This document shows, piece after piece, positions 29,302-39,398 of a stretch of DNA of 64,000 nucleotides. Position 1 is the first letter of the stretch; every line of letters begins with the position of its first letter. Made by a program: the position numbers and the translations under genes. The stretch is taken from contig CALLBO010000071.1 of assembly GCA_937998875.1 (NCBI GenBank), positions 8,087-72,086 of the forward strand, read 5' to 3'. The DNA is from an uncultured Granulosicoccaceae bacterium (GTDB lineage: Bacteria > Pseudomonadota > Gammaproteobacteria > Granulosicoccales > Granulosicoccaceae). A model generated the notes under the pieces. That model was not told where the DNA came from and made no database searches. It was given only the letters and a program-made list of their open reading frames with translations.

Positions 29302-30799
29302 TGATTAGCGTATGCGGTGGAAGCTTAAGGGTTATGCGGGTACCCTCATCCGGTTCGGAATCAACAGTGAGTATTGCACCAATGCTCTGCGCGCGATCCC
29401 TCATTATCGCAAGCCCGATATGATCACCGAAACCAGTATCCGTCTGGTTATTGGATTTATCCTGAAAGCCGATACCGTCATCTTCTATTAACAAACTTCG
29501 AACACCGGAATGCTCTACCCTGAGATACACACGAATGTTATTCGCCTGTGAATACTTGTTGGCGTTGACCAATGACTCTCGAAGAATACGCAGTATCACT
29601 GATCCCTCTCTGGCGGTAACCTGTAGCTGAGGATTGTCGTTCTGGTAAAAAACTGGAATACTGCCGGAACCGTTGAACTCATCAATCATGCTACTGATAG
29701 AGTCAACATAATCCTGATCATAAGTTGGCTGCCTGGTCTGCCCGATCAAGTCACGAACCTCTACATTTGCCTCATCAATCGTGCTCTCCAGTCGACGGAT
29801 ATCTTTTAAAACGACCGATGCCGGATCGTTCTCCAGAGTTTCACGCAACATCCGCAGCTGGTACTTGCTGGCAAGTAGTGTTTGTGCCAGAGAATCATGT
29901 ATTTCCGCTCCCAGTCGAACGCGTTCTGCAACAACGCGCGCCTGCTGCACAGATTCCACTGCATAGTTTTTAGCGACGAACATACCGAGTTGCTCTGAAA
30001 CCGTATTAAACACACGCATGGATTCGACAGATTTCACTGAATCGTTATCGATACCAACGATTTGTACCATCCCGGTCAGTTCACTACCACGGGATATAGG
30101 AATTCTTACAACGTCAGCTTTAGCTGTAACTGCTGTGACCAGTTCACTCGCCGGGCACTGCTCAGGAAACGTGAAAACTCCGGCTGCAGATCCGGCTGTC
30201 GCCTGAAGCTTGAATTGTTCGTTTGCCACTAAATAAGCACCGACCGGCACATCCCCAAGCCAGCCAGACAGAGAAAGACAGACTTTCTCCAATACGGATT
30301 GTTGATCTATCTCGTGTGCGACGTCCGAAGTAAGCTGAAACAACAGCGATAATACCTGATTGCGGCTTTCAAGCCTTTGAGTCTGGCTGGTTACCAGCGT
30401 CTCCATCTCGTCAGACAGTTGCTTTAGCGACGATCCGACATTTCGGGTATGGAAATTCAGCTCAGTGAAGTGCGGATGATTCTCTGACAACTCTATAGTT
30501 GATTCAAATTCTCCGTCACATATTTGTTGTAACCATTTTCTGGTTGCAAGGTCCGGCTGGACAAGGTGCACCGAGATATAATGCCAGAGGAACACTGCAC
30601 CAACACTCACGACTATCACACCGGAAAACACCGCCAACAAAGGTGGCAAATAAAGCCCCGCAATCAATACGACCAAAGTCGCAGCTGCCATTGCAGCAAG
30701 TGTCAGCTTAACCTTATTGGCAGCATTTAATGCGCGACCAAAAGTAGACAGCTCACCTCGCCTGCGCGTGTAGTCTTTATCGAGCAGACTCGTTTCCAT
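29282..30799 (-). CDS. NarX/NarQ-like sensor histidine kinase (2 TM, HAMP, GAF, HisKA_3, HATPase)
   Basis: H-box RLGAEIHDSLAQTL and N/G boxes in the C-terminus. Start taken at METSLL. Overlaps the response regulator gene by 20 nt and dsrR by 23 nt. Confidence 0.8.
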   Translation of the reverse strand: METSLLDKDYTRRRGELSTFGRALNAANKVKLTLAAMAAATLVVLIAGLYLPPLLAVFSGVIVVSVGAVFLWHYISVHLVQPDLATRKWLQQICDGEFESTIELSENHPHFTELNFHTRNVGSSLKQLSDEMETLVTSQTQRLESRNQVLSLLFQLTSDVAHEIDQQSVLEKVCLSLSGWLGDVPVGAYLVANEQFKLQATAGSAAGVFTFPEQCPASELVTAVTAKADVVRIPISRGSELTGMVQIVGIDNDSVKSVESMRVFNTVSEQLGMFVAKNYAVESVQQARVVAERVRLGAEIHDSLAQTLLASKYQLRMLRETLENDPASVVLKDIRRLESTIDEANVEVRDLIGQTRQPTYDQDYVDSISSMIDEFNGSGSIPVFYQNDNPQLQVTAREGSVILRILRESLVNANKYSQANNIRVYLRVEHSGVRSLLIEDDGIGFQDKSNNQTDTGFGDHIGLAIMRDRAQSIGAILTVDSEPDEGTRITLKLPPHTLISENSHG

Positions 30800-31118
30800 C
30801 TGCGGGATCTTCTTTCGGTGGAACAAACGTTGGATCGTTAGGGTTAAGGAATATGAAGTGCATCTCACCACCTTCCATTTCCACGTAATCGAGTTCGGTA
30901 CCGGCTAGCAAGGGTTTGTGCTCTTTGGCAATAACTACATCAATACCGGCACTGGCAACCATTGCATCACCCGGACCTGCTTCATCAAAACCCATCTGAT
31001 ACTCGATTGCACCCTCAGCAGTCTTTTGTGCAGCAACACGCAGCGGCATGTCATCAAAATCGTGATGTATCATGCTGCGCTTTAGCTCTGTTGCTGCCGC
31101 TTTGGTGACTTTGAACAC
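30777..31118 (-). CDS. dsrR: DsrR, an IscA/HesB-like protein lacking the cluster-ligating cysteines
   Basis: GTG at 31118, with GAGG 10 nt upstream and 7 nt after the dsrN stop. FKVTKAAATELKR...PLRV...LDYVEMEGGEMHFIFLNPN aligns with the IscA fold, and the protein contains no Cys. Its position after dsrN matches A. vinosum. Confidence 0.7.
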   Translation of the reverse strand: MFKVTKAAATELKRSMIHHDFDDMPLRVAAQKTAEGAIEYQMGFDEAGPGDAMVASAGIDVVIAKEHKPLLAGTELDYVEMEGGEMHFIFLNPNDPTFVPPKEDPADGNESAR

Positions 31119-31125
31119 GTTGTGG

Positions 31126-32517
31126 TTACCTCGATAGCCTGGTCTTAAACAACCTGTGTTTTGGTACATCGCTTTCTTCAATTTTCCGCAGAAAATCATC
31201 AATCCACGGCGACCTGCGAGTATGCCTGAAGTGAGAGTAGCCCGCATAGGCATTGTTGACGCAGACACCGTCGCATTTCCCATCAATACCATGGCCTCGC
31301 TCCACCTCGAATACATACTCAACCGGTGACTGAAACTCAATGCTTGAGTGATGGAATTCATGTGCTGGAACCGTTTGCTCTTCACCTGGCCGACGAAGTA
31401 ATGCGTACCCGCGACCTACAGGTTTCTCCTGCATCGTTACATTAGCCAGGAGGCTGCCGACCATTTCATAACTCTGCCCGGCAACATTAAGCTGTTCACA
31501 GAGGTACATTAAACCAGCGCACTCTGCATGCACCACCAAACCGTTATCAATAGCTCGATGTAGTGATGCACGAAACGATTCGTTTTTCATCAACTCGGCT
31601 GCATATCGCTCTGGAAATCCGCCACCAATGAGTAAGCCGTCAAGATCTGCTGGCAGCTCATCCCTTAGTGGTGAGACTTCGATCAGCTCAACACCGCACG
31701 CACTAAAGTAGTCGAGATCATCCTGATAATAAAAATGAAATGCTGCATCTCTTGCAATGCCAACCTTATATCGAGGCGGACTTGCAGGGGGCGATTGTGA
31801 CGACGGTGTATTTTTCTCAATACCGTCAAGCAGCGTGTCCACATCGCAGTGTTCAGTAACCAGATCAGCGATTGTGTCGACACACCGCTGTGCCTCATCG
31901 TGTTCAGGCGCCGGTGTAAGACCCAGCTGTTTTTCTTCTATACAAACGCAATCGGTTTCCGGAATCTCACCAAGCATCGCCATATCGCAGTACTCATCAA
32001 TCGCCTGTCGGATCTTACCCGCATGTCGCGGTGATCGAAGCCGGTTTAAAATTACCCCAGCAAATGCAACGTTCTGGTCAAACTGCAGTAGTCCGTTTAC
32101 CAAAGCCGCGATCGTTCTATGCATTCCCCGACAGTCAACCACGAGCAGCACTTTCAGTCCGAGTAATTTCGCGACTGAGGCGTTGCTGTCGGTCCCATCG
32201 CTACTTAGGCCATCGTGCAATCCCATGGTGCCTTCAACCAGTGCAAAGGTTCCGGGTGTTACATGACTCGAGAAAGTTGTCGCAAGTTCATCGGGCTCCT
32301 GAAACCACGGATCAAGATTGTAGCAATTACTACCACTTGCAAACGAAAGCCACAAAGGATCAATATAATCAGGGCCCTTTTTAAACGGTTGTATAGATTT
32401 TCCACGACGATGGGCTTCGCGGGCTAATCCAATGCTCACCATTGTTTTACCACTTGAACGCCATGGTGCGGATACCATATATCCGTTGTCACTTAAGCCT
32501 GAATTCGAAGATGGCAC
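31126..32517 (-). CDS. dsrN: DsrN, a cobyrinic acid a,c-diamide synthase-like siroheme amidase
   Basis: CobB/CbiA-like P-loop (SSGKT) and a C-terminal glutamine amidotransferase part (HAECAG). Lies in the dsr operon context. Confidence 0.85.
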   Translation of the reverse strand: MPSSNSGLSDNGYMVSAPWRSSGKTMVSIGLAREAHRRGKSIQPFKKGPDYIDPLWLSFASGSNCYNLDPWFQEPDELATTFSSHVTPGTFALVEGTMGLHDGLSSDGTDSNASVAKLLGLKVLLVVDCRGMHRTIAALVNGLLQFDQNVAFAGVILNRLRSPRHAGKIRQAIDEYCDMAMLGEIPETDCVCIEEKQLGLTPAPEHDEAQRCVDTIADLVTEHCDVDTLLDGIEKNTPSSQSPPASPPRYKVGIARDAAFHFYYQDDLDYFSACGVELIEVSPLRDELPADLDGLLIGGGFPERYAAELMKNESFRASLHRAIDNGLVVHAECAGLMYLCEQLNVAGQSYEMVGSLLANVTMQEKPVGRGYALLRRPGEEQTVPAHEFHHSSIEFQSPVEYVFEVERGHGIDGKCDGVCVNNAYAGYSHFRHTRRSPWIDDFLRKIEESDVPKHRLFKTRLSR

Positions 32518-32519
32518 GA

Positions 32520-33734
32520 CTAGGTGACTTGGTCCGAAATATCCGCCACCGGCTCTATCACGTGTGCGCTAACCGGTAGTACACGCAAGAAAAAGCCAAG
32601 TAGCAACATCGACAGCGCCACGCCACCCATTCCCAGCCCCCACTCCCAGACACTCGGAAAGTAACTGGCAAAGCCAGCATCACCAAAGGTACTTGATGTA
32701 ACTTCCTTTCCAGGAAAAAGGTTTTGCGGGATAAGTTGTGACCCGATAATTGTGCTGTAGAGAATCATTGCACTGCCAAACAGTGCAGCCACACAGCTTA
32801 GTAACCATTGCTTTTGGTTAATTGCCTCGATAATTCGCTGTCTGCTCACCAGCCAGACGCATACGCCAAAGAGTGTAATATGACCCAGCCAGAACGGCAG
32901 TGCCATCGGCCCGGTAAACATGGTGCGTTCATCACTGCTATGTTCTGACACATATAAATTGGTCAGGTGATGAACCACAGAGAAATATAGTAAGGCCAAC
33001 AAACACCAAAGCATAAGTTTGGAAAACTGTCTGATGGTATTCGCAGGAACTGGTGTACCCTGCCAGCGCGAAACCAGCGCCACCACCAGCGCGAAGACAG
33101 CCGATCCCATCACCAGAGATAAAGCGATAAACAATGGGGCCAGAATGGCCGTGTCGAGTGCACTGCGCCCAACCAGAAAGCCGAAAATACTACCGGTACC
33201 CGTGGTGAGAACAATACGCCATAAAAGTGCTAACGCCCCGATCGACGCGATATATCTGTTTAATGATCGATCAAGCAGAGTCGCAAGATAAACCACACAA
33301 ACCGCGATAAAGCCGGTATACAAGAAAATATTCCATGAGAATATTGACCGGAAATTATAAGTGGTCATTGCAATGAAAAGCCGATCCGGACGACCCAGGT
33401 CCAGCACTAAAACCAGTAGTCCGCTTATTAGCAGGCAGATAGCTAACACTACTGACAATCGCGCCCAGGGTTTATGCATCGATTGATTGAAAACGGAAGA
33501 CAATGTGGCACTATTAAGCGCACCGGAGGCAGCGAGTATCAGTGAGATGGCAAACACATGTGGTAAACCCCAGACAACACGGTTGTTCATACCACTGATG
33601 TGGTGCCCTTCATGCTCCATTGTATAAGCACAGTAGCCGCCAATGACAACCAGCAATGCCATTGCGAGCATCCAGACCAGGTAATTGCCACGTATCGGTT
33701 TAACGATCTGATGATCTGCGATAATGGAGGCCAT
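32520..33734 (-). CDS. dsrP: DsrP, a NrfD/PsrC-like integral membrane subunit
   Basis: ~10 TM helices. Start at MASIIADHQ, 10 nt after the dsrO stop. Operon context. Confidence 0.85.
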   Translation of the reverse strand: MASIIADHQIVKPIRGNYLVWMLAMALLVVIGGYCAYTMEHEGHHISGMNNRVVWGLPHVFAISLILAASGALNSATLSSVFNQSMHKPWARLSVVLAICLLISGLLVLVLDLGRPDRLFIAMTTYNFRSIFSWNIFLYTGFIAVCVVYLATLLDRSLNRYIASIGALALLWRIVLTTGTGSIFGFLVGRSALDTAILAPLFIALSLVMGSAVFALVVALVSRWQGTPVPANTIRQFSKLMLWCLLALLYFSVVHHLTNLYVSEHSSDERTMFTGPMALPFWLGHITLFGVCVWLVSRQRIIEAINQKQWLLSCVAALFGSAMILYSTIIGSQLIPQNLFPGKEVTSSTFGDAGFASYFPSVWEWGLGMGGVALSMLLLGFFLRVLPVSAHVIEPVADISDQVT

Positions 33735-33744
33735 AGATGCTCTG

Positions 33745-34491
33745 TTACAAACCCTGGTAGCGGACACCGGTATTGAGTTGCAAATCAGCGCGAATCTGAC
33801 TGCCACCCAGGGTGTTTAACTTTTGCGAAATAGAACTGTCCGGATCATTCAGATCACCAAAGGTAATTGCACTGTGTGCTTCCTCAGTGCATTTCACCGC
33901 ACAGGCCGGCTGCCTATCCTGCTCTTCATCTATTCGATGAACGCAGAGTGTACAACTCTCTACCGTGCCCTTTCCCCTGGGTGCAGATGGCTTTTGTTCA
34001 GTCAGTGTTTCATGAATAAAAGATCGCGCCTTATAAGGACACGCCATCATACAATAACGACAACCAATACACGTGTGCTTGTTGACCAATACAACACCAT
34101 CAGCACGCTTAAACGATGCACCGGTCGGACAGACATCAACACAAGGCGCTGATTCACAGTGCTGGCACATCACAGGTAGTGAGGTTTCGTTGCCGGTTAG
34201 TTCGTCTTTAAGATCAATTTTTCGAATCCATTGGGCGCGGGTAAGATCGTCACCGGCGTCGTCTATACCGTGCTCCTCGTTACAACCCCGAACGCAGGCA
34301 TCGCAACCACTGCTGCACTTTTCGGTCTCTATTAACAATCCCCAGCGCTTATCTGATGAAGCCGGGGTTTTGGCCTTAACCTCGAGCAATGAATAAGACA
34401 TTGATGCCATACCCGCGAGACCAAGTCCCTGCAGAAACCGGCGACGTGCCTGCAAAGATTTTTCATTATCTGCGACCGGGACTCTACTCAT
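33745..34491 (-). CDS. dsrO: DsrO, a periplasmic 4Fe-4S ferredoxin subunit (Tat signal)
   Basis: RRRFLQGLG twin-arginine motif and several CxxCxxCxxxCP clusters. Confidence 0.85.
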   Translation of the reverse strand: MSRVPVADNEKSLQARRRFLQGLGLAGMASMSYSLLEVKAKTPASSDKRWGLLIETEKCSSGCDACVRGCNEEHGIDDAGDDLTRAQWIRKIDLKDELTGNETSLPVMCQHCESAPCVDVCPTGASFKRADGVVLVNKHTCIGCRYCMMACPYKARSFIHETLTEQKPSAPRGKGTVESCTLCVHRIDEEQDRQPACAVKCTEEAHSAITFGDLNDPDSSISQKLNTLGGSQIRADLQLNTGVRYQGL

Positions 34492-34981
34492 TGGCTTCTT
34501 TGTTCAATAGGTACGAAACCAGGGTATGCGGGTTATCTCGCATAAGGTGCGGCTCTGCATTGCCAATCACTTCCATCGCCGCAGGCTTTGCCGCATGACA
34601 GGTGAAGCAATCAATCTTGACCGCGGCATAGCTATGGCAACTCTCGCAGAACTGACCCTCGGCATCTATTCGAATTGCCTGGCCACTGGTATCAGTTTGC
34701 GCATGGCAATTGACGCAACTGACCAGACTATACGGTTCACTTCTAATCCCTTCAATGACAGTTTCATCGCGCTGATGATTCAGCAGACTCATGTGGTCTT
34801 TGCGCATGATCTCCGTATCTGCGACACACTGATCACCTTTGCTGGCTTTAGGAATCACAGGCCTGTTTTCTGCCTGACTACCGGCACGTTGTAACAATAG
34901 TCCCTGCGCGGTAGCAGCACCAAACGCGCACAATGGCAAACAGACTATTAGCGCCGTTATACGCATAGACTGGTTTTCCAT
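34484..34981 (-). CDS. dsrJ: DsrJ, a periplasmic triheme cytochrome c
   Basis: Three heme motifs: CVNCH, CESCH and CFTCH. Signal peptide MRITALIVCLPLCAFGAATAQG. The start is 34981 or 34966. Confidence 0.85.
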   Translation of the reverse strand: MENQSMRITALIVCLPLCAFGAATAQGLLLQRAGSQAENRPVIPKASKGDQCVADTEIMRKDHMSLLNHQRDETVIEGIRSEPYSLVSCVNCHAQTDTSGQAIRIDAEGQFCESCHSYAAVKIDCFTCHAAKPAAMEVIGNAEPHLMRDNPHTLVSYLLNKEANE

Positions 34982-35162
34982 CCTGCTAACAGTTGCCGGC
35001 ACTGAATCTGTAAAGCCACCCTCCCTTTGGGAGGGTCCGACTCTAAGCTTGGGTCGTCCACAAGCCATACGAAGATCCGTCCCCGGCGCTTAGACGCCGA
35101 CCCTTCCGTGAGCGGGAGGGCGTCAATAGGAGCTACTGCCTGTTCGGTAGCAGGATAGAACA

Positions 35163-37121
35163 CTAGTGACCCATGCCCATATCAATGTAGCCGGACGGAC
35201 AAACGTCCGCACAAATGTGACAACCAATACATTTGTCATAGTCAGTATCTACATAACGCCCTGTGGTGCTCTTGTCTTTCTTTACCCGGAATACCGCATC
35301 CTGTGGGCAGTAAATCACACAGTTATCGCACTCAAAACACATACCGCAACTCATGCAACGACCGGCCTCAGCCTTAACCTGCTCTTCAGTCAACAACTCC
35401 ATGCGTTCTTCAAAATGACTGAGAACTTCCTCACCGGATGGTACGTTCTCTTCGCGTTTATTGCGATCCTCTTCTTTCCAATGTCCTAAAAACAAACCTT
35501 CTGCATTTGCTATCTCACTGGCAGAGCGATCTTCATAGTTATGTACCGCAAACTCTGCCGCATCTGTACCCCAGTCTGCCGGCCGATCATATTCAGCCAC
35601 CGAAAGATTGGCTTCGTTAAGTTTTTCCATCAGATTAAAATGATAAACATCAATTTTTGGGCGCTTATGCATTGACTGATCAGTCAGGTAGTTCTCAATG
35701 GTGGTAGCAACCACTGTTGCCTGGCCAATCGCTGTCGTAAGCAAATGTGGCCGGATGATATCACCGGCAACAAAGTGCCCGGGTCGATCATCCACCTGAT
35801 AGTAAGCATCGGCATTAATCAGTCCGCGACCGTTATCGAGTTCTTCCAAGCCTTCAAGGTTACCACCCTGACCGATAGCCGAGACAATCAAGTCAGCTTT
35901 GATCTCATACTCTGACCCTTCAACAGGCTCAGGCACTCCCTCCTTACTGACAGTACATTCACACATGACCACGCTCACAGCACGGCCACTATCATCCTTG
36001 TTAACACGCACTGGCATGACGCTGTTCTGGATATCTACACCTTCTGTCAGTGCATCATGGACTTCATGTTCTGCTGCAGTCATCGCAGTCCGAGGCAACA
36101 GTGAAGTCAGCGTGACGTTGGCGCCAATTCTCTGGGCTGCCATCGCAACATCGTGCGCAACGTGACCGTGTACAACGAGCTCCGGTCGTTCAAGTGCGTT
36201 TTGTTTGGTGATCTTACCAAGGCGGCGTGCGACCGATACAACATCAATCGACGTATCACCACCCCCGACGCAAACTACATTGTCAGTGGTAGTTTGCAAT
36301 CGACCGGTATTAAAAGCCTCAAGAAACTTAACACCGGAAACACAGTTGGGCGCATCACCGCCTTCCACCGGCAACGCTCTGCCAGACTGACAGCCTATTG
36401 ACCACAGAATGGCATCGTAGCCCTTCTCAAGCTGTTCAATAGTAATGTCAGTGCCGACTCTGGTGCCGAGCACAACTTCTATGTCACCCATCTTAACGAT
36501 GCGATTGATTTCGGCATCAAGCATTTTTCTCGGTGTTCTGTAGCCTGGAATACCGTAGCGCATCATGCCACCGAGCTCATCGTGCTCATCGATAATTGTA
36601 CAGGCTATTCCCTTGCGCCGAAGCTGATACGCGGCAGCCATACCGGCAGGGCCTCCACCAATAATCGCTACACGTTTACTGGTTTTCAGTGGCCCTGACT
36701 CAAAGGCAAATTCTTCTTTAATGGCAGTATCACCGATGTATTGCTCCACCGCATTGATACCAACAAAATCATCTACCTCATTGCGATTACAACCCGCCTC
36801 ACACGGCGCCGGGCACACCCGTCCCATCTGTGACGGAAACGGATTCGCATCGGTAGAACGACGGAATGCATACTCCTGCCAACTGATGCCTTCCGGTGGT
36901 TTTTCAATACCGTTGGCAATCTGTAACCAGCCGCGAATATCCTCACCTGACGGACAACTCCCCTGACAAGGTGGAGTACGGTTAACATAAACCGGACACT
37001 TGTGCGATTCATCCGCATTAAAGATGTCGTCGGTCCAGCTTTTCCATTTGTGGTCACCGTCTTTGTACTTGCGAAACGTATGGTTCTCAGACTTTTCAGT
37101 TTTACTCCATGGAGTCGTCAT
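35163..37121 (-). CDS. dsrL: DsrL, a GltD-like NAD(P)H:acceptor oxidoreductase with a C-terminal ferredoxin domain
   Basis: Contains IIGGGPAGMAAAY (FAD), VCVGGGDTSIDV (NAD(P)H), N-terminal Cys clusters and a C-terminal CMSCGMCFECDNC...CIGCHICADVCP. Confidence 0.85.
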   Translation of the reverse strand: MTTPWSKTEKSENHTFRKYKDGDHKWKSWTDDIFNADESHKCPVYVNRTPPCQGSCPSGEDIRGWLQIANGIEKPPEGISWQEYAFRRSTDANPFPSQMGRVCPAPCEAGCNRNEVDDFVGINAVEQYIGDTAIKEEFAFESGPLKTSKRVAIIGGGPAGMAAAYQLRRKGIACTIIDEHDELGGMMRYGIPGYRTPRKMLDAEINRIVKMGDIEVVLGTRVGTDITIEQLEKGYDAILWSIGCQSGRALPVEGGDAPNCVSGVKFLEAFNTGRLQTTTDNVVCVGGGDTSIDVVSVARRLGKITKQNALERPELVVHGHVAHDVAMAAQRIGANVTLTSLLPRTAMTAAEHEVHDALTEGVDIQNSVMPVRVNKDDSGRAVSVVMCECTVSKEGVPEPVEGSEYEIKADLIVSAIGQGGNLEGLEELDNGRGLINADAYYQVDDRPGHFVAGDIIRPHLLTTAIGQATVVATTIENYLTDQSMHKRPKIDVYHFNLMEKLNEANLSVAEYDRPADWGTDAAEFAVHNYEDRSASEIANAEGLFLGHWKEEDRNKREENVPSGEEVLSHFEERMELLTEEQVKAEAGRCMSCGMCFECDNCVIYCPQDAVFRVKKDKSTTGRYVDTDYDKCIGCHICADVCPSGYIDMGMGH

Positions 37122-37150
37122 ATCGTTTTCACCTAATCCTATTCAAGACA

Positions 37151-38662
37151 CTATGCGTCGGCTGAAAAAACCAGTGCATCACCCACCAATTGATGCACGC
37201 TGATTATCTGATCCATTTCGAAACCGTAGTACGGCAATACTTTTGAGAACTGGCTTTTACATATGGCGCAGATAGCTGCCATGTGTGTGACCTGGTGTTG
37301 CTCATGTACATCTTTCAGCGCCTGCATTCTTGGCTTTGCACCTTTAACTCGCAGCTCCAGCAAATCATCGGTTAGTAAACCACCGCCACCACCACAACAG
37401 AATGTCCCCTCCCCAATAGTGTCACGCGGCATATCAAAAAAGTGATTACAGCTGGCTTTGATAACGTCACGTGGCAACGTGAGCTGTCCACCCGGCTTGT
37501 TTCCCATACGTGATGCACGCGCGACATTGCAGGAGTCGTGAAACGTTACACGTTTATCGTCGTTAGCAGACTTGTCGAGTTTTAACCGACCCTGTTCCAT
37601 CAGGTCGTGGGTGACTTCAATAATATGTTGCGGCACCGGATACCGGCTATCGAGAAAATCAAACGGCCCGGCCAATGTATTGAGAAAGCTGTACGCGACT
37701 CGCCAGGCATGACCACATTCCCCAAAAACAATTCTTTTAACGCCCAGTTCAAGGGCAGCTTCACGGATGCGTACCGCAACCTGCTTCATGTTGTCGACAC
37801 TGCCAATAAAAAGACCGAAGTTCGCTGCCTCTGAAGCATGCGACGACAACGTCCAGCTGATTCCTGCCTGATGGAATACTTTGCCATATCCAATGAGACC
37901 ATCAATATGTGGCTCTGCAAAGAAATCTGCCGACGGAGTAACCAGCATAACTTCCGCACCTTTGACATCAAGCGGGAATTTAACCTTAACATTGATCTCT
38001 TCTTCGACGTCTTCCTCTAAACCCTCAAGCGTATCGGCAAGTGCGGGTTCCGGCAGTCCGAGGTTGTTACCCAGCTTGTGTACTTTGCCGATAATCTCGT
38101 TACAGTACTTTTGACCTTTTCCAATGGTATCCATGATCTCGCGGGCAGCCATAGAAACCTCCGCGGTATCTATGCCGTAGGGGCAATACACAGAACAACG
38201 TCTGCACTGAGAACATTGATGAAAATACTTATACCATTTGTCGAGCATCTCCTCATCGAGATCTTTAGCGCCGACAAGCTTTGGCAGATACTTACCCGCC
38301 ACCGTGTAGTGTCGGCGGTAGACGGAACGCAATAAGTCCTGTCTTGCGACTGGCATGTTATTCGGATCTCCGGTACCGAGAAAGTAATGACACTTGTCTG
38401 TACAGGCACCACACTTAACGCAGCTATCAAGATAGACTCGCAACGCGCGCGAGTTATCTACCAGCTCACCAAGCTTTGTTACCGCCACTTCCTGCCAGTT
38501 ATCAACCAGCTCACCGGGAAAGCCGATGGCTTCATTGATTGCAGCCTTGGCAACGAAGGGCTGGCTGTGATCCATCGACCCCGGTGTGACCGCAGGAACT
38601 TCGGTGTAGTCACCCAGTACCGGTGTTTCGAACTCAGGTTTTTTTTCAGGCTTTTTTGCCAT
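37151..38662 (-). CDS. dsrK: DsrK, the HdrD-like catalytic subunit (Fe-S and CCG domains)
   Basis: Contains CVKCGACTDKC and CSQCRRCSVYCP, plus CCG-type motifs (FHDSCN..., TFCCGGGGG). The start overlaps the dsrM end by 17 nt. Confidence 0.9.
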   Translation of the reverse strand: MAKKPEKKPEFETPVLGDYTEVPAVTPGSMDHSQPFVAKAAINEAIGFPGELVDNWQEVAVTKLGELVDNSRALRVYLDSCVKCGACTDKCHYFLGTGDPNNMPVARQDLLRSVYRRHYTVAGKYLPKLVGAKDLDEEMLDKWYKYFHQCSQCRRCSVYCPYGIDTAEVSMAAREIMDTIGKGQKYCNEIIGKVHKLGNNLGLPEPALADTLEGLEEDVEEEINVKVKFPLDVKGAEVMLVTPSADFFAEPHIDGLIGYGKVFHQAGISWTLSSHASEAANFGLFIGSVDNMKQVAVRIREAALELGVKRIVFGECGHAWRVAYSFLNTLAGPFDFLDSRYPVPQHIIEVTHDLMEQGRLKLDKSANDDKRVTFHDSCNVARASRMGNKPGGQLTLPRDVIKASCNHFFDMPRDTIGEGTFCCGGGGGLLTDDLLELRVKGAKPRMQALKDVHEQHQVTHMAAICAICKSQFSKVLPYYGFEMDQIISVHQLVGDALVFSADA

Positions 38663-39359
38663 GACCACTCAGTGACGGGTTGTGTTGTCGTTCCCGCGGA
38701 TTGTCGACCTGATTTCTGGAAGGGCTGAAAAATAGCCCTGGAGCATGCAATAACTTGGAGAACGGAAATATCAACAGCAGAATCGCCACAAGTATGAGAT
38801 GCATGAACAACACAAAACTACCGGGCAGTGAAGCGAACTGAAATGAAAGCAGACCTTGTGCAAACTGTTTTACTGCAACGATATCTGTGTGCCAGAAAAA
38901 GCGCATCAATAAACCGCTGGCTGCAATGCCAAGTATAAGAAACAACATCAGGAAATCAGATGGAGCAGATATCGCCCGAACCCGGTCAACCACCACTCTA
39001 CGTGCAAGAAGACCGATCAGGCCGACTAACATCGCTAGCCCTGCAAACTTGCTAAACGGTGCAAGTAACGCAACCCAACCCCAGACAGGGTCGGTGAAAT
39101 AACGCAAATGGCATAACAGCGCGACCAACATACCGGCATGGAACAACCAGCTGAAAATCCAGGTTGGTTTAGATGCCTTAAACAGACTGTCAAAAAAGAC
39201 CACTTCTCTTGCCATGCGCCACACCACACCCGCGCGTGTGGTCGGTGCTGGTGTGGTAGGTATCTTAAGTGGAGCCGGGGTAGTTGCGTACTGGTAGATT
39301 TTTCGACCAACGCCAAGTACCAATACCACCAAAGACAGGTATAGCATTGCACTCATCAT
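38646..39359 (-). CDS. dsrM: DsrM, a NarI-like diheme b membrane subunit
   Basis: 5 TM helices with conserved His residues. Position is between dsrC and dsrK. Confidence 0.85.
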   Translation of the reverse strand: MMSAMLYLSLVVLVLGVGRKIYQYATTPAPLKIPTTPAPTTRAGVVWRMAREVVFFDSLFKASKPTWIFSWLFHAGMLVALLCHLRYFTDPVWGWVALLAPFSKFAGLAMLVGLIGLLARRVVVDRVRAISAPSDFLMLFLILGIAASGLLMRFFWHTDIVAVKQFAQGLLSFQFASLPGSFVLFMHLILVAILLLIFPFSKLLHAPGLFFSPSRNQVDNPRERQHNPSLSGHGKKA

Positions 39360-39398
39360 GGCGTTGGCGCGTCCTGTTCAGATGTCTGCAACAGGCTC

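Noticed and set aside
30777-31385. 202-aa ORF from the ORF track spanning the dsrN/dsrR junction
   Set aside because: The N-terminal ~89 aa overlap dsrN in another frame and look non-protein-like. Only the last 113 codons (GTG at 31118) form the IscA-like DsrR.
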